Source: Chiloscyllium plagiosum (lineage: Eukaryota). From it: a DNA stretch of 64,000 nt. The number at the start of each line of letters is the position of its first letter. Within the stretch, counting starts at the first letter, position 1. Made by a program: the position numbers and the translations under genes. Location of the stretch: positions 67,273,065 to 67,337,064 of the forward strand of contig NC_057719.1 of assembly GCF_004010195.1 (NCBI RefSeq), read 5' to 3'. Positions 63,211-64,000 of the stretch are shown in pieces. The notes below the pieces were generated by a model. The model saw nothing but the letters and a program-made list of their open reading frames with translations, ran no database searches and was not told the origin of the DNA.

Positions 63211-64000
63211 ATTAGGCTTTTTCTGAGGTTAGCATTTGTGAAGAAAGAATGAGGTCATCAAATTGTGAGAGCTCTGAGCTCTAACAATGTAACATAGAAG
63301 AGATGCAGAAGATTATTAAGATCACTTCACTTTTTTTTGATTTATATCCACAGAGGCCACTAATACATTTTGGATTTCTCTACTAATTTGGTGCCAAACA
63401 TATGTGCATACACTTGCCGTTGATTTAAAATCCTTTTCCTTATCCTGGAAAAAAATGACCAAATCTTTGTTATACTGTTTTTAAGAGTACCCAATTTCAC
63501 AAGTTTTACAACCTGCAACTGAATTACTCTTGAAATGTATATAGATTTGTTTTGGGACATAACATATTCTCTAATTTTCATTTATTTGCAGCTAAGGCAC
63601 TTGTCCAGCTACTAAGTTTTCAACATTTTGAAAACTGAGCCTCACCAAAAGAAATAAATATCTTGTTTAGGTGGTTGTTTTTGTTCAGCACAGACTTGAT
63701 GGGCCCAAGGCTTTTTTCTGTGTTGAAGACCTCAATGTCTCTATGACTCAGTTCATAACTTAACAGCACAAATTCCTTGAATATCACTTATTCCTTGAAA
63801 CCATCATCAAATCTAAGAATGATTAAACCAAACCACACTCCAAGTGTGATATCATTAACTGCTCACAATTAGAAGGTAATACTTCTTGGAGTTATTTTTA
63901 ACATCTTTTGCATTTGGCTTTCTTTAGCAATTGCTCTTAGATGCCATATAAAACTTGTTTTGCTATCAGGTTATTCAATATACATGTAATTGTGTAATCT

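Overview
Vertebrate non-coding DNA, almost certainly from an elasmobranch (shark), judged by HE1-type V-SINEs, HER1/CR1 LINEs and SacSINE1-like DeuSINEs. I found no recognisable host protein-coding gene, RNA gene or prokaryotic feature. Every ORF in the track that I can recognise is a transposon fragment, and the rest look spurious. Most of the window is decayed, often nested mobile DNA: CR1, L2, Rex1/Babar and Tx1 LINEs, Penelope-like elements (PLEs), several SINEs, solo LTRs and PIF/Harbinger remnants. AT-rich, repeat-poor islands that look like conserved enhancers lie between them. Three observations stand out. (1) Several families of small (about 90-290 nt) PLE-derived insertions with 13-18 bp TSDs; most carry a minimal hammerhead ribozyme core and many form fold-back hairpins. 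(2) A CR1-like LINE family whose 5' end is a tRNA-derived Pol III-type head running straight into the endonuclease with no ORF1; the common local SINE looks like its internal-deletion product. (3) A repeat-free cluster of about 2 kb, rich in homeodomain motifs, at 55.9-57.8 kb. Family names come from recalled motifs, not from a database search, and boundaries of old elements are approximate.
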